DNA of 63,639 nt, filler included, from Atractiella rhizophila (Eukaryota), in assembly GCA_021432655.1 (NCBI GenBank). It is 14 parts of 14 records of this genome, joined end to end, with 100 filler letters (N's around TTAATTAATTAA, not from the genome) between each part and the next. Parts side by side here need not be neighbours in the genome. Positions count along the whole stretch, not along the records: positions 1 to 4,507 come from MU272451.1; positions 4,608 to 9,110 come from MU272452.1; positions 9,211 to 13,708 come from MU272454.1; 11 more parts are not named here. One strand, 5' to 3'. Made by a program: the position numbers and the translations under genes. Shown in pieces: positions 1 through 12,011 of the stretch; the stretch's first letter is position 1, and each line of letters opens with the position of its first letter. The notes under the pieces are model-generated. The model was not told where the DNA came from. It saw only the letters and a list, made by a program, of their open reading frames with translations, and made no database searches.

Positions 1-941
1 TCCTCCTTCACCAGAGCTAAACCGCTATTGAACACCCCTCGACAGATGGATGGAATGACCCACGATTTGTGTTTCGCTGACCGCTTGCGAGTTCTTGTCC
101 GCATCGCTCCCTTCGGTTCCTCGTAGATATCTGCGAGAATCCGGAACAATGTTCCCGTTGCAGACAGGTCCCACGGGTTATCCAACGGATCATTGGGACC
201 ACGCTCTATAGCTTCAAGAACCTCTTCGTTGTTTTTGCATTCCCAATCTACTACTCTACAGCACAATCAATGGTAGGTTAGTGAAGTGACACGTGGGTTA
301 GGAAATGGAGGAGTACGTGAGATTGTTCTTAGTATATCCCACATAGGCATACAGTCGAACTGGCGGGGAAAGATAAGGGAACTGTTTGCGAATTTCTGTT
401 GCTGACATGTGCGGAGACACGCCGATCATGGACAGGGTAGTGGTGTTGGGATCACTGATTGGCCATAGTTTTGCTTGGACAGATAAAGCAGATATTGGGC
501 CACGTCCTTCGAGGAGACGATGGCCTTCTTTCAGCGCCTCGAAAGAGCGCCATTGGATTAACAAGCGCCTTTCCCCAGACCTAACATCGGATCTGTTACG
601 AAGACTACATGAGAATTTCGAAAGGTTTACAGATGTAAAGCATACGGTAGGCGATACTGAGACGCAAGGTTTCGTAGACCGATTTGGCGGAGCTTCCAAA
701 GCTCCTGTGTGAACCAAGTAAAAAATTGATCTCTTGAGACGCTGGATATTGGGACGACCTGGGAGAAGTAGCCACGATTGAAAATTCTATTGTTGTCGTG
801 TTGTATTGATGGTTCAGGTACCCTGGAAGTGTCGCTGACGGAAGAAGAAACGAGGCGGGAAAGGTGAGGGTGGAGTGTGGTCTCCCATGGCCCCAATGAA
901 GATGAAAGAAAGTTGACAGATTGACGGTGTAATGGAAGCAT
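1..941 (-). CDS. Degenerate RRM-like protein, 3 exons, 3' end runs off the window; paralog of the gene at 1207-2214
   Basis: ATG at 941. Intron 1 starts at 645 (gtatgc) and ends at 605 or 593 (both keep frame). Intron 2 is 316-256 with a CTAAC branch site. The spliced product contains LLIQWRSFEALKEGH, TTTLSMIGVSPHMSATEIRKQFPYL and VDWECKNNEEVLEAIERGP, colinear with the neighbouring gene. Confidence 0.7.
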
Positions 942-1206
942 TAAATAGTATCTGGCACTGCTCCACGAGTGCAAAGAAGCAAGAATGATTATTAGTGAAT
1001 TCGAAAGCACTATGCGATCACAATGCTGCGCAATGACAAGGTAGGCAATTAGGCTCGATAGAGTTTGGCGCGTTCACGTATATTTTTACTTGTGTCATTG
1101 CAGTCTGCCTGCAATCTACGTCGACTCTCATAGAGCTTGCGTCTGTTGTCTTCTGAATGTTAATTATGGATTGACCTCGCGCTGTAGGATCAAAATTGTC
1201 ACCTCC

Positions 1207-2214
1207 ATGCCATGGGCCGTTGCCACAAATTGCCACTTGACGGTAACAACAAGGCTCCTCAACAGATCGGCGTGTAGAAACACAGCGCTTAGACGTTCAT
1301 TGAATTACTGCCGTCTTACCACGCCTTACATCTCTCGACAGGTTTCCAACTCGACGAATTCTTCTGGACCCTCCCAGCTTCCAACTGCATGGAAAAGCAA
1401 CAACGCCAAACCCTCGTCGACTTCTCGGATTGAACCTGGTTTTTACAGCTGGATGAAGATTGTCCGTCCAGCCATGCCGCGGCATTCTTCCAAGTTTACT
1501 CGATGGTTCTTGAGAACTCTATGGTTTCCTCGAAGAGGACTGAAGACATGGGCCGAAAGCTATATTTTTCGGTATTGGTTTCCGCTTCCCTTAGTTGTAT
1601 ATAATAAGGAACTTAAAAAGGTTTGCTTTCCGGCCAGGTTCGATTACGAGCGAGACCGCGTTGGGTCTCTTGCTGTACGTTGGAAGTCGTTTGAAGCCAT
1701 GCAATCGGCCCATCATTACTTTTCGTCTCAAAGTCACAGCGTCGTCACCTTCCACCCCGACTTGGGGAATTTTCCCGTAGATCATGACTACTGCACAACG
1801 CTCGTAATCGGAAACCTCTCCCCTTCCGACTCTGCAGACACTGTTAGACAGCAGTTCCCGTACCTCCCATCTCCCACCTCTCGACTTCGGCTGATTGTAC
1901 TGCACGGAAAGGACGGCAAGGGTGCCCATGCCTACTGGGAATGCGCTTCGAATGCAGATGTAAGGGAAGCTTTGAAGAGGGGACCAGTGGGACCAGCGGA
2001 GAACAAGCGATGGAACCTGAAGCATAAAGCGTCATTTCTCAGGATTCAAGATTACATCCATCGCCCGGCGAGATTGCAGTTATTCGAACAGGAAAAGCCC
2101 CTTCGTCCATCTCAGATGGGCGTTGGGAAGGAGAGAGAGGCTGAAAACGGCAAAATCGAAGAAGTGGAAGATGAATGGTTTGAGGATGAATGGGATGTAA
2201 AAAAGTTTTCTTGA
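1207..2214 (+). CDS. Degenerate RRM-like protein, intronless, with an Arg/Ser-rich N-terminus resembling a mitochondrial presequence
   Basis: Single ORF with first ATG at 1207. TTLVIGNLSPSDSADTVRQQF resembles RNP2 plus helix 1; GKGAHAYWECASNADVREALK resembles RNP1 plus helix 2. Acidic C-terminal tail. Confidence 0.75.
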   Translation: MPWAVATNCHLTVTTRLLNRSACRNTALRRSLNYCRLTTPYISRQVSNSTNSSGPSQLPTAWKSNNAKPSSTSRIEPGFYSWMKIVRPAMPRHSSKFTRWFLRTLWFPRRGLKTWAESYIFRYWFPLPLVVYNKELKKVCFPARFDYERDRVGSLAVRWKSFEAMQSAHHYFSSQSHSVVTFHPDLGNFPVDHDYCTTLVIGNLSPSDSADTVRQQFPYLPSPTSRLRLIVLHGKDGKGAHAYWECASNADVREALKRGPVGPAENKRWNLKHKASFLRIQDYIHRPARLQLFEQEKPLRPSQMGVGKEREAENGKIEEVEDEWFEDEWDVKKFS

Positions 2215-2356
2215 AGGCGAGGAAGGAATGAGATTATATCCTTTAGTTAATGGTGCCATCGTACTTGAGATTTCAGGATGCATCGCCACTTTCTCAATGG
2301 GTCTCTCAGATGCTGCAGGTGATACATTGCAACCTGTGCCAGTGCGTTGATGGGGA

Positions 2357-4507
2357 TCAGTTTGCGAAAGCGGGAATCCCTGTGATTGCCTTCCCCAAAA
2401 TGAGTGCATGGATGTCCTAACAAATAATCAGGCTCATTGTACGAAAGCATAAGGGAACTTACGTGAGTTCCTGATTAATATGCACACTGCTTGAGATAAT
2501 TCTTCAGAAGAGCATGAATGCCTACCTTCGTATGTGTTTACCCTAGAACCACATCAAGAAAGTTGGAGCCAAAGATGAGAAATACGTACACGTAAAGATT
2601 GTTGACTATCCTTCCAATGTGATACTCATCCGCAATCGCATTCCCTCCAAATACGTCCATCAGCTTCCGGCTCCCCTCCAGAGCTTTCCCACAGTTGTTC
2701 CGCTTCAACAAGCTGATCATCTCTGGCGTGACTTTGCCTTCATCTTTGAGACGTCCAAGTTGGATGCATGCCAGGAGGCCAATGGCAATTTCCGTGTGAA
2801 CATCTGCTAACTTTTTCTGGATGAGTTGGAAGGAAGCTAACGGACGGTCAAATTGCTTCCTATACTTCGTTATAGTGCTTGCGTCCCAAATGGAAATGCG
2901 CGCACCGATTGAGCGAATATTCGAGAGTATAGTCGAAGGCAGATTGCAACGCTCCCATTGCGCCTACCAGAGAAATCAAAGAATGCTCAAGTTCAAAGTC
3001 CGATTGTAAAATTTACCGAAAGAGATTCCAAAGCGTGCGTGACTGTAGGGCAATCAGGTTAGGACTCACTGATGCAGAGAAAACAAACTTGAGACATCCG
3101 AATGGCCCCTTTAGCCCGCTGACATTCGGCAGGAGGGATGCTTCGCTATCTACTTCCACGTCTTCGAGGATAATCGATCCCGTAACCGATGCTCGGAGAC
3201 CTATTTTGTTCGAGATTTTAGGGGCAGACACACCCTTAAGGTCCTGCGCAACGTATTTAGCCTCAATCCACGAAGTCGAAACGCGAAAGGCTGTACCTTT
3301 TCAACTATGAAACCACGAATCTTCCCTACAATAAATGCTTGTCAGCAGCAATAAGAGAACCAGGTGGATTAGACATACCGTCCCATTCACACTTAGCCCA
3401 AACAATGAAAATATCGGCATTGGGGGACATTGTAATCCATCTGTATCACATTAGAAGGGGTATCGAGAAAGCAAGCCTACAGACGTCTTTTCTCCATTCA
3501 GAACGATTTTTGAGCTTCCTTTCGCTTCCCTTGCCGTGGCTTTCATCGAAGCTGGATCGCTGCCTATGATGGTAAACTTTCCACATCGTTTCCTTGTTTA
3601 GGGCGAAGGAAGCTGACCATGATCAGGCTCTGTGAGACCCTGCTCTCCGTCAACAGAGCGTTTAAACAGAAGTAAGAGCTCACAAATGCGCCAATGACAT
3701 CTCCTTGTGCTGTGGAACGTTCAGCATGCGTCTGAGGGTGAAAGGGTGAAAGTGTACCCATTCGCGGAAGCCAGGTTTCCTTCTGCTTCTCGGTGCCGTA
3801 CATATCTACAATGGAAACCATCAGAAAAGGTGCAGGTTTTGTCGAAGCCTTACAAATGGCCTGCATTGCTAGACTGCTTTGCACCGACATAGCCGAACGA
3901 TACCCGGAATCGACTCTATTCGTGATTCAGCAAGGTTTGCAAGACTGTACTGGATCTTATCGTATGTGATTTAAGCAAAGTTCTTTGAAAAAGGTCATGC
4001 GAACCATCAAAGTTAGCTCTTATTTTAAGTAAAAGCGGTAATAGGAAGAGCTCGTTTAATGCTGCAGCAAAAAGTGTGTGTAGAATAAGCGTTTAAGCTG
4101 AAGGTAGTGCATAACCTATTGCAGAAACCAAATGGAAGCTGTTGTCGCAATCGGTTTCGATAAATGGAATGCAGTCTCGACTCTCTAGGTTCATTCTTCC
4201 CGCTTCCAAAATATAAAACGCACCTTTCTATCTCATAACACAACATGCCTCCTGCGACACTACTGACTCCTGCACAACCATAACCCTCAATTGTAGCACC
4301 TAAGAAGCCCAGCTCCCCCATCTCCTTCATCATACTCCTGTCAAAGCTCTCGTTCCTGTATCCTTGCACAACACGCGGCATCAATTTCTCCTGCGCATAA
4401 GAGCGCATGCTCTCCCGAATATCAGTCTCTTCGGACGTTAAGAGGCTTGATATTTGAAGCGGGTCGGATACCGAATATGTCGTTTTGTACCGTGGTGCTT
4501 GGAGGAA
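2357..4507 (-). CDS. GCDH: Glutaryl-CoA dehydrogenase (acyl-CoA dehydrogenase family), multi-exon, 5' truncated
   Basis: Exons encode [74 protein letters not shown] and a C-terminus [14 protein letters not shown] (stop 2359-2357). Confidence 0.95.
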
Positions 4508-4607
4508 NNNNNNNNNNNNNNNNNNNNNNNNNNNNNNNNNNNNNNNNNNNNTTAATTAATTAANNNNNNNNNNNNNNNNNNNNNNNNNNNNNNNNNNNNN
4601 NNNNNNN

Positions 4608-5033
4608 CAGGAGACACTCACCCCTTCGAATTACCATCTGTTCTTCTCCATGACTGTGACTGTCCTGGTACGACCATGGGAGACAATAATCCGTGGTCTC
4701 AAATTTACCGAGGTACGTTTCCCCTTATTCGATCTCATCGCGATTTTAAATACTGAAGAAATCCAGTTGGGTGGACTTAAATTTGACCGCGACCTCAGAA
4801 CGATCATGACGTATCTGTCATCACAAACAACATTCGGATCAGGAGTGATGAGAGATGCGTTTGCACGCTTGCAACACATCTCGGCATTGCTTACACTAGA
4901 ATCTGTATGCCATCCTTCTGTTCTAAAGCATTGTCCCTAATTTGTACCTGAATCACAGCCAGAAGACGCTGACGACGTTGGCGGTCGGTTGACTCAACAT
5001 GAAATAAAAGCTGTATTAGCTCAGCGTATTTGA
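4608..5033 (+). CDS. COG4: Conserved oligomeric Golgi complex subunit 4, 3' end only
   Basis: Spliced sequence LVRPWETIIRGLKFTE|LGGLKFDRDLRTIMTYLSSQTTFG..RDAFARLQHISALLTLES|..LTQHEIKAVLAQRI* matches the COG4 C-terminal pattern. Confidence 0.85.
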
Positions 5034-5411
5034 TGACGATGTGCAATGTTCATACACTACCAACACCATGTGGGTGCTTTCTGGAAGCCAGAATGAAGTA
5101 CATGGAACGCTGCTACCTGCATGATCGAACTGTCGAGCTGTCTCCATCGTCCAAAACTGCTAATGCGGTATAAGATACGGGTCTAAAGCCCGCAGAGAGA
5201 ATGGCAGACGTCGTTATGGTGGACAGGCACATACCTGCCTAGATGAAGCAGAAATCTACTTACTGCATTACAACCTATTTGTCCCATTAACAACCTTGAT
5301 CAAGCTTGAATAACTAGCTGTTAGTAAATTACAAGGAATGGGCACGACAAAACCCACTCAATACTCAATCAAATCAATCATTATTGACGCTGAAAGTGAA
5401 CTTTGAGCATA

Positions 5412-6108
5412 TTATGAGGAGGAATGGGAACTATGAGCTCGTGCGTGGTTTCGGGTAATGCGTCCTGAATCATCTTTGTGTCGACCTCTTAGGATTCCAC
5501 GTCCTTCATATACATGGGACGGCAAAGAACGGAACAAACTAGCTTGACAAATACCCTTCGTGTCTTGGATCTCGTCCCCACGACACATCTTATTATGCAA
5601 TCGCCTTTTCTTACTGGACTGGGCAAAGACGGCTTCGGGTCTCTTGATATCAGGGCAGTCCAAAACAAGCAACTCAACGGGCGCCGACCTTCATCTACTT
5701 GTGGCGTTTGGCGAGGATTGGCCATCTTTTGATTTCCATATCCTGATCGATCGTTGGGTCAAATACTCTGGTGGCATCCTAGAACAATTCATCCCCCCAG
5801 AAAGAGTCGTCCTCCTAATCATCCTTGACGTCCATGTCATCCAATTTCGCTCTCTCATTTGTTCACTCCATTGTCATGTGAAATGAGGCAACGACACTCG
5901 TACCGCTATGAAAAGTTGGGGTACCTGCTACCGGGTTAACTGATGCCAAAATGAGCAAAATGAGCAAGAGAGTAAAAACCAACCCTGCAGAATGAGCGTC
6001 TCGGTTGTAGGAATTTGAAGAGGACGCTTGTGAGCTGCAGGAATTGCAGCTGGATTGGTATAGACCAGTATAGACAGTAGAAGAAACTTGAAACCCTACA
6101 CACTTCAA
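5412..6108 (-). pseudogene. Possible decayed coding sequence of unknown family
   Basis: One frame reads like protein but with scattered stops: HMTME*TNERAKLDDMDVKDD*EDDSFWGDELF*DATRVFDPTIDQDMEIKRWPILAKRHK*. No family recognised. Confidence 0.25.
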
Positions 6109-6426
6109 TTAATCCACTTGTCTCGCAATGAAGAAGAAAAGATTGTGACCTTGATTTCAATCACGATACTGCCTAAACCACCATCCTTCATCAAGTTTAC
6201 ACTGGTGCACCAGCATTTCCGCCACCAACTTCCCATATAGCTTTTCTTTCCTGAGGTGTGGCTGCACTTAGGACTCGGGACAGAATGTACCTACGACAGC
6301 CGCTCTAATGATTTAGATATGTTTCAGAAAAGGAATGAATGGCTTGCACTGATGCATAATAAATTGTACAAATGAGACTGAAGCACTGTTGTACAACGAA
6401 ATGCGAACTAACAGTTGACAAATCGA

Positions 6427-8324
6427 TTATTCTCTCCTCCTTTCGCGCTCTTCTTCGCTGTCAGATATAACGATAGCTGGAACGTTAGGTGTTGGTCCCC
6501 CCAACCAATGGGGAAGCGTAACAATGCCGTTGAAGGCGAAAGTTCTACCCGGCAGATATATTAAATGGACCTGTTCGCTAAGACGGAGCAACGACGCACC
6601 CATAAACTAAAAGAGCAAATCCGACAACCTGTAACCAGCGGAAGGTTTCCCATCCTAACCCAAGGGAGACAACCCAGATGCCAAGTGTGCGGCAAGTGTC
6701 AATCGTGCTTCGCGCAGTGGCAGAGACCGAACGCGTCACTCCCAAACCCTTCAACGAGAGGTTGAGTATCGTACTTAGAAGAGACAGAAGAGTACATACG
6801 AAGAAGTTGAAAAACGCAATGCTGATGGCGATCGCAATACTGCTTCCCCAAACAGTTGGGTTCTACGTTGTCAAAAGTGAGCGAAGTATTTGACTAGNNN
6901 NNNNNNNNNNNNNNNNNNNNNNNNNNNNNNNNNNNNNNNNNNNNNNNNNNNNNNNNNNNNNNNNNNNNNNNNNNNNNNNNNNNNNNNNNNNNNNNNNNNN
7001 NNNNNNNNNNNNNNNNNNNNNNNNNNNNNNNNNNNNNNNNNNNNNNNNNNNNNNNNNNNNNNNNNNNNNNNNNNNNNNNNNNNNNNNNNNNNNNNNNNNN
7101 NNNNNNNNNNNNNNNNNNNNNNNNNNNNNNNNNNNNNNNNNNNNNNNNNNNNNNNNNNNNNNNNNNNNNNNNNNNNNNNNNNNNNNNNNNNNNNNNNNNN
7201 NNNNNNNNNNNNNNNNNNNNNNNNNNNNNNNNNNNNNNNNNNNNNNNNNNNNNNNNNNNNNNNNNNNNNNNNNNNNNNNNNNNNNNNNNNNNNNNNNNNN
7301 NNNNNNNNNNNNNNNNNNNNNNNNNNNNNNNNNNNNNNNNNNNNNNNNNNNNNNNNNNNNNNNNNNNNNNNNNNNNNNNNNNNNNNNNNNNNNNNNNNNN
7401 NNNNNNNNNNNNNNNNNNNNNNNNNNNNNNNNNNNNNNNNNNNNNNNNNNNNNNNNNNNNNNNNNNNNNNNNNNNNNNNNNNNNNNNNNNNNNNNNNNNN
7501 NNNNNNNNNNNNNNNNNNNNNNNNNNNNNNNNNNNNNNNNNNNNNNNNNNNNNNNNNNNNNNNNNNNNNNNNNNNNNNNNNNNNNNNNNNNNNNNNNNNN
7601 NNNNNNNNNNNNNNNNNNNNNNNNNNNNNNNNNNNNNNNNNNNNNNNNNNNNNNNNNNNNNNNNNNNNNNNNNNNNNNNNNNNNNNNNNNNNNNNNNNNN
7701 NNCGACAGCGTGCCCTTCTAATATGATCTCTGGATCGTCTAATCCAACAGGAAGCGGTAGTGGGGCAGCACCAATCTCGCCGTGCGGGACGTGCGATGCG
7801 TTGTCCCTCTTGACGTGAGCACGGGAGGTGAGGACGTCTTCGTCATCGTCCCGAATAGCAACAGCTGAATCGTGTGGCACAGATGTGGATACTGGCTGAT
7901 AGCCTTGTTTGGTTGGAGAGGATGAACGCCATTTGCGGAGTTGGGAAAGTAGGAGGAAGACTATGAGACCTATACGTTGCTCTTTCAGCGTGGTGCTCCT
8001 GATATGAAGGAAAATGTCTACAGAAGGTCTCCCCGATGAACATCACAAGCGTTTGCCAGACTGGCTGTGAATATTCTTTATGTTTCGACACATCCTCATC
8101 CTGGCAATTCTCCACGCATTGCATGTCCTTCCCGCGTCACTTCGCTTCAACCCACTATACCCCTTAACACCATGAAGAAGAACAGACCTGATACTTGGTC
8201 CATAAGCTATTAGAGACACCAGTAACCTATCCAGTTTTGGCGTCTCAGTGCACCCCCCTGTCAGGAGCAAAACACGTACCAACATCCCCGTAACCAGAAC
8301 TGGTATAATCGATTGAGCCGCCAT
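6427..8324 (-). CDS. SLC35F6-like drug/metabolite (nucleotide-sugar-type) transporter; middle lost in an 805-N gap
   Basis: N-terminus MAAQSIIPVLVTGML...MQCVENC...QPVWQTLVMFIGE. C-terminal exons SIAFFNFF|GLGVTRSVSATARSTIDTCRTLGIWVVSLGLGWETFRWLQVVGFALLVYG|TFAFNGIV...EEERERRRE*. Confidence 0.85.
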
Positions 8325-8524
8325 GTTGCCAATCAAACTCGTTGGGATTATAAATACCTGTGATTCTTGCTCTCGGATTCGCTTCTTGGTGGGTTGTGGG
8401 AACTGTGAAGTGGGGTCTTCCTTGCTTGGTTAAACATCCGACCGGGTCGGAATGATGCCGTTGATCTGGACTGTTTCCTCCAGCTGTCAGTTTGGTTTTG
8501 TCTTCAGAGAGACATATATGCCAG

Positions 8525-9110
8525 ATGACTGTCAGTCTACCATGGGACCTTGTCCCTACAATTGTGTATTGCATGGACCACAGTTGGAAAGATCTAGCGG
8601 CATGCGCACGAGTTTCACGAGCGTGGTTGCTGCCCAGTAGGCGGATGTTATACTCCTGGGTTCGATGTACAAGTTGGAGTGGAGAGAAGAACAGGCTGGT
8701 GAAGGTGTGCCGAAATGAAATAAACTGTCACTACTTATGTGAAAAGGACAGGTGCTCGCTACCCTGGATGTACACCCCGAATATTGTGAAATCATTCAGA
8801 AGCTCGAGATTAGGACCTGGCCCCTCGAACTCCCTTTAGACGAAAGGACGGAGCTTCACTCAAAGCTGATACACGCACTTCAAAGGTGTCAAAACCTTTC
8901 AGAGCTAATATTCACGAGAAATGGAGCCTTGTCAGATGAGCACGGCTTTCCTGTAGTGTTATCACAATTACAAACTCGACACTGCTTAGCGTTCTAGCGG
9001 CCATCTGCACTTTACCCAGTCTCAAATCTCTCGAAATCAACGGATCTACCTCAGCTCCAGGTGGATGGGAGGCAGAAGGACTTCTTCCGTTGCCGCGTCT
9101 CGACTCCTTC
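8525..9110 (+). CDS. F-box/LRR (RNI-like) protein, 3' truncated
   Basis: MTVSLPWDLVPTIVYCM...DLAACARVSRAWLLPSRRMLY is a fungal F-box pattern, followed by LRR-like LQRCQNLSELIF and LPSLKSLEIN. Confidence 0.8.
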
Positions 9111-9536
9111 NNNNNNNNNNNNNNNNNNNNNNNNNNNNNNNNNNNNNNNNNNNNTTAATTAATTAANNNNNNNNNNNNNNNNNNNNNNNNNNNNNNNNNN
9201 NNNNNNNNNNGAAAGAACGCAACGAATGATTTTCTCTTCATTGCCCTTATTTCGCGAACTTGAAGAAAGACTCACTACTTCTCTTCCCTAAACAGCCTCA
9301 TCACTATCAAGGCTCTGCTCCACTCAAGGTGATTAACAACAATCCCCAAACGACCCTGTCGAAGCAGGTTGAAACAAATTGAAAAAGAGAAAAAAGTTCA
9401 TGCTGAGGGGTAGAACCTTGGGGGTGACCCGGCTATGAATTCCGGTGTTTCCGCTGTTATCATCATATCTTCCTCTTCTCGTCACCAGAATTTTGACGAC
9501 GATTTGCTGTCTCCCAATAGTTGCTCTCCAAAAACG

Positions 9537-10348
9537 ATGTCTCAACCTGCACGCCTCTCTCCCTTTGGTAATGCACTCGCGGGAGCGATTGGCGGTTGCC
9601 TCTCCAACGCTGTTGTGTGAGTTCCTGTGTAGAAACGCCGGACAGTTCACTGACGCTGGAGCAGATATCCACTTGATACGTATGTCTTTTCTTCTCCATG
9701 TATTCCCTTCTGGATTGAGGAAAACGTAGCGTGAAAACTCGCATTCAAGCTGACACTTCAGCTGACGAGAAATCAACACCTTCCGGCTCCTCACTTTCGA
9801 GACCAGCCGCACCGAAGCATATCGACCTGTCCTCCGTCACGGCTTCGAAAAAGGATGGAGTGCGGAAGACTTTCATGAAAATTTGGAAGGAGCAGGGGAT
9901 TGAAGCGTTCTATCGTGGATTTGGAGCTTCAATGCTCAACACCTTCAGTATGCAATTGTACGTCACCTCCTCTTTCTGCAGTCCAGGGCAATGAGGTTTG
10001 AGACTCTTACGCTACTATTTCTGTGTAGTGCATACTTTTATTTTTATGCACTCGTTCGTGCGACATATTTGAAGCGCCTTGCGACTGGTTCCCTCTCATC
10101 GGGCAAAAAACAGTCACCACAAGCATTATCTACAGCGTACGCCTTTCCTTTCTATTCGGGGTTGAGCAGAATCTGAGAGGTGTATCACAGGACCGAGCTC
10201 ATCCTCGGAGCCATAGCTGGCGTCCTCTCTTCTATATTCACCATTCCAGTCTCGGTCATTGCGACCCGTCAACAACTCTCAAACAGCAAAAATGCGCCAT
10301 CATTTATCCAAACTGCGAGCGTGATCCTCCAGGAGGACGGAATTACCG
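9537..10348 (+). CDS. ANT1: Peroxisomal adenine nucleotide transporter (mitochondrial carrier family, Ant1/PMP34-like), 3' truncated at a gap
   Basis: LSPFGNALAGAIGGCLSNAVV|YPLDT|VKTRIQA carries the PxDxxKxR signature. Also EQGIEAFYRGFGASMLNTFSMQ, AYFYFYALVRATY and ELILGAIAG..FTIPVSVIATRQQ. Confidence 0.85.
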
Positions 10349-10390
10349 GTTAGCCTCTACCCATTNNNNNNNNNNNNNNNNNNNNNNNNN

Positions 10391-11452
10391 GAGGTACTCC
10401 AACCACTGAGGCGGGTGACAAAGCGTCCGAGGATGGGAAGGCCGAGCTTTTTGGCGACGGAACGGCGGGCGAGGAGGACGGCTGCTGCTCCATCTGACAC
10501 CTGCAATCCATACCCTCTCAGCATGCTGCAGGTAATGAAGGAATAGAGAAGTGCGAACCTGCGAAGCGTTACCGGCATGGGTAGAACCATCCTTCTTGAA
10601 AGCAGGCTTGAGCTTGCCCCAAGCTCTCGGCGGTAACACCGTCCCTGAATCCATCGTCCTTATCCACCGTCTTCTCATTCCCATTCTCATCCTTCACCAC
10701 GACGGGTACGATTTCATCCCTAAACTTGCCCTCCTTCTGTGCCTTGAAAGCCTTCTGGTAAGAAGACGCGGCAAACTCGTCCTGCTTCGCACGCGACACT
10801 TTGTATTCGGTCGCGACGTTCTCGGATGTGATACCCATGGGGACGAGACAGTCTGCTGCCTCTTGGTTCGACATGACCTCGTCACTGAAACGCTCAGGGA
10901 AGACGCCGGGTCCGTAGTGAATGGTCATGCCTCTCAACACCAGCACCGATACCAATATCGATCTCACCTGTGTACAATGTTCGTCAGCACTTTGACAAGG
11001 GTTTGACGGAGAGTGACGAACCAGTCTGAATCTCCAATGCGATCTGGTTGATGGAGGTAAGACCAGAAGAGCATTGACGGTTCACGGTATTCACGGCCGC
11101 GGTATGCGGGATTCCAGCAGCAAGAGCAGCCATACGCGCAATGTTGGCTCCTCCACCAGGGCAAAGGACAGTCCCGACAGCTACATCCTCAATGTATTTG
11201 GGGTCGATTCCTTCAGGTCAAAACGGTGATAAGTCCCAACTTTGCCCAGATAATAACCCAAGTAAAAAGCATACCAGACTGCTTGATGACTCCCTTGAAG
11301 ACTGTCAAGAGCAAATCATCAGGAACGACGTCCTTCAGTCCACCTTTCTTCGCTTTCGTAATCGGTGTCCTGAGTGCGGAAACAACGACGACGTCGTCTG
11401 GCGTTTGCCTCAAGATGGAGCTCTTTCCGCCGCGAGTGTTTGGTGCTGCCAT
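10391..11452 (-). CDS. POT1: 3-ketoacyl-CoA thiolase (peroxisomal Pot1 type), 3' truncated at a gap; three apparent +1 homopolymer frameshifts
   Basis: DDVVVVSALRTPITKAKKGG, NRQCSSGL (catalytic Cys), IGIGAGVE, PMGITSENVA, LKPAFKKDGSTHAGNASQ|VSDGAAAVLL. Confidence 0.92.
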
Positions 11453-11688
11453 TGCGATCGTAGAAGTGATCTTTTCTGTTTGTGATTGGATGGAAAAAGC
11501 TGGAGAACTGGGGAAATGCTCTGAGGCAACAGGTGTTTTATGCGACGTGTTGATTGCCGAGTTTCACGTGCTGCCCCGGGGGATGATGTGAGCGTGAAGC
11601 CGGAAACCTCAACCGGAACTTACCGCGGAATGTCTTTGCACATCAAAAACGATGGAGTATTTAGGTTGGGATATACACAATATGTACT

Positions 11689-11761
11689 GCCTTGGTAGCT
11701 CAGTCGGTAGAGCATGAGACTTTTAATCTCAGGGTCGTGGGTTCGAGCCCCACCTAGGGCG
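11689..11761 (+). tRNA. tRNA-Lys, anticodon TTT, no intron
   Basis: Acceptor stem GCCTTGG/CTAGGGC, D arm GCTC..GAGC, anticodon arm TGAGA-CTTTTAA-TCTCA, T arm GTGGG-TTCGAGC-CCCAC, then a T-run Pol III terminator. Confidence 0.97.
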
Positions 11762-12011
11762 CTTTTTGTTGGCTTAATTTTTTTTACTTTTGCCGGGAAG
11801 TAGTACCCGATAATAGCGAGCTCACCGAAGCTCCATGGCACCCAGCTCTTCTTCATTTCGGCCTATCTGTTCATTGCACACTTGCAGCACCTCTGCAGTC
11901 TGAAGCGTCCCCCGTAAGCCGCGGAACCCGTCTTATAATAACCCTCACCCGCGTTATTGGACATTACCCACCCGTCTTCGAATCAAACCACTAGATTTTT
12001 AGTCCCACGTC

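Noticed and set aside
941..1207. Divergent gene pair as HD1/HD2 mating-type genes
   Set aside because: No homeodomain WFxNxR motif is present; the shared motifs are RRM-like.
6890..7880. Long ORFs made of X residues
   Set aside because: They are translations of the 805-N gap inside the SLC35F6-like gene.
11620..11856. 78-aa ORF on the minus strand
   Set aside because: It is the antisense reading of the tRNA-Lys gene.
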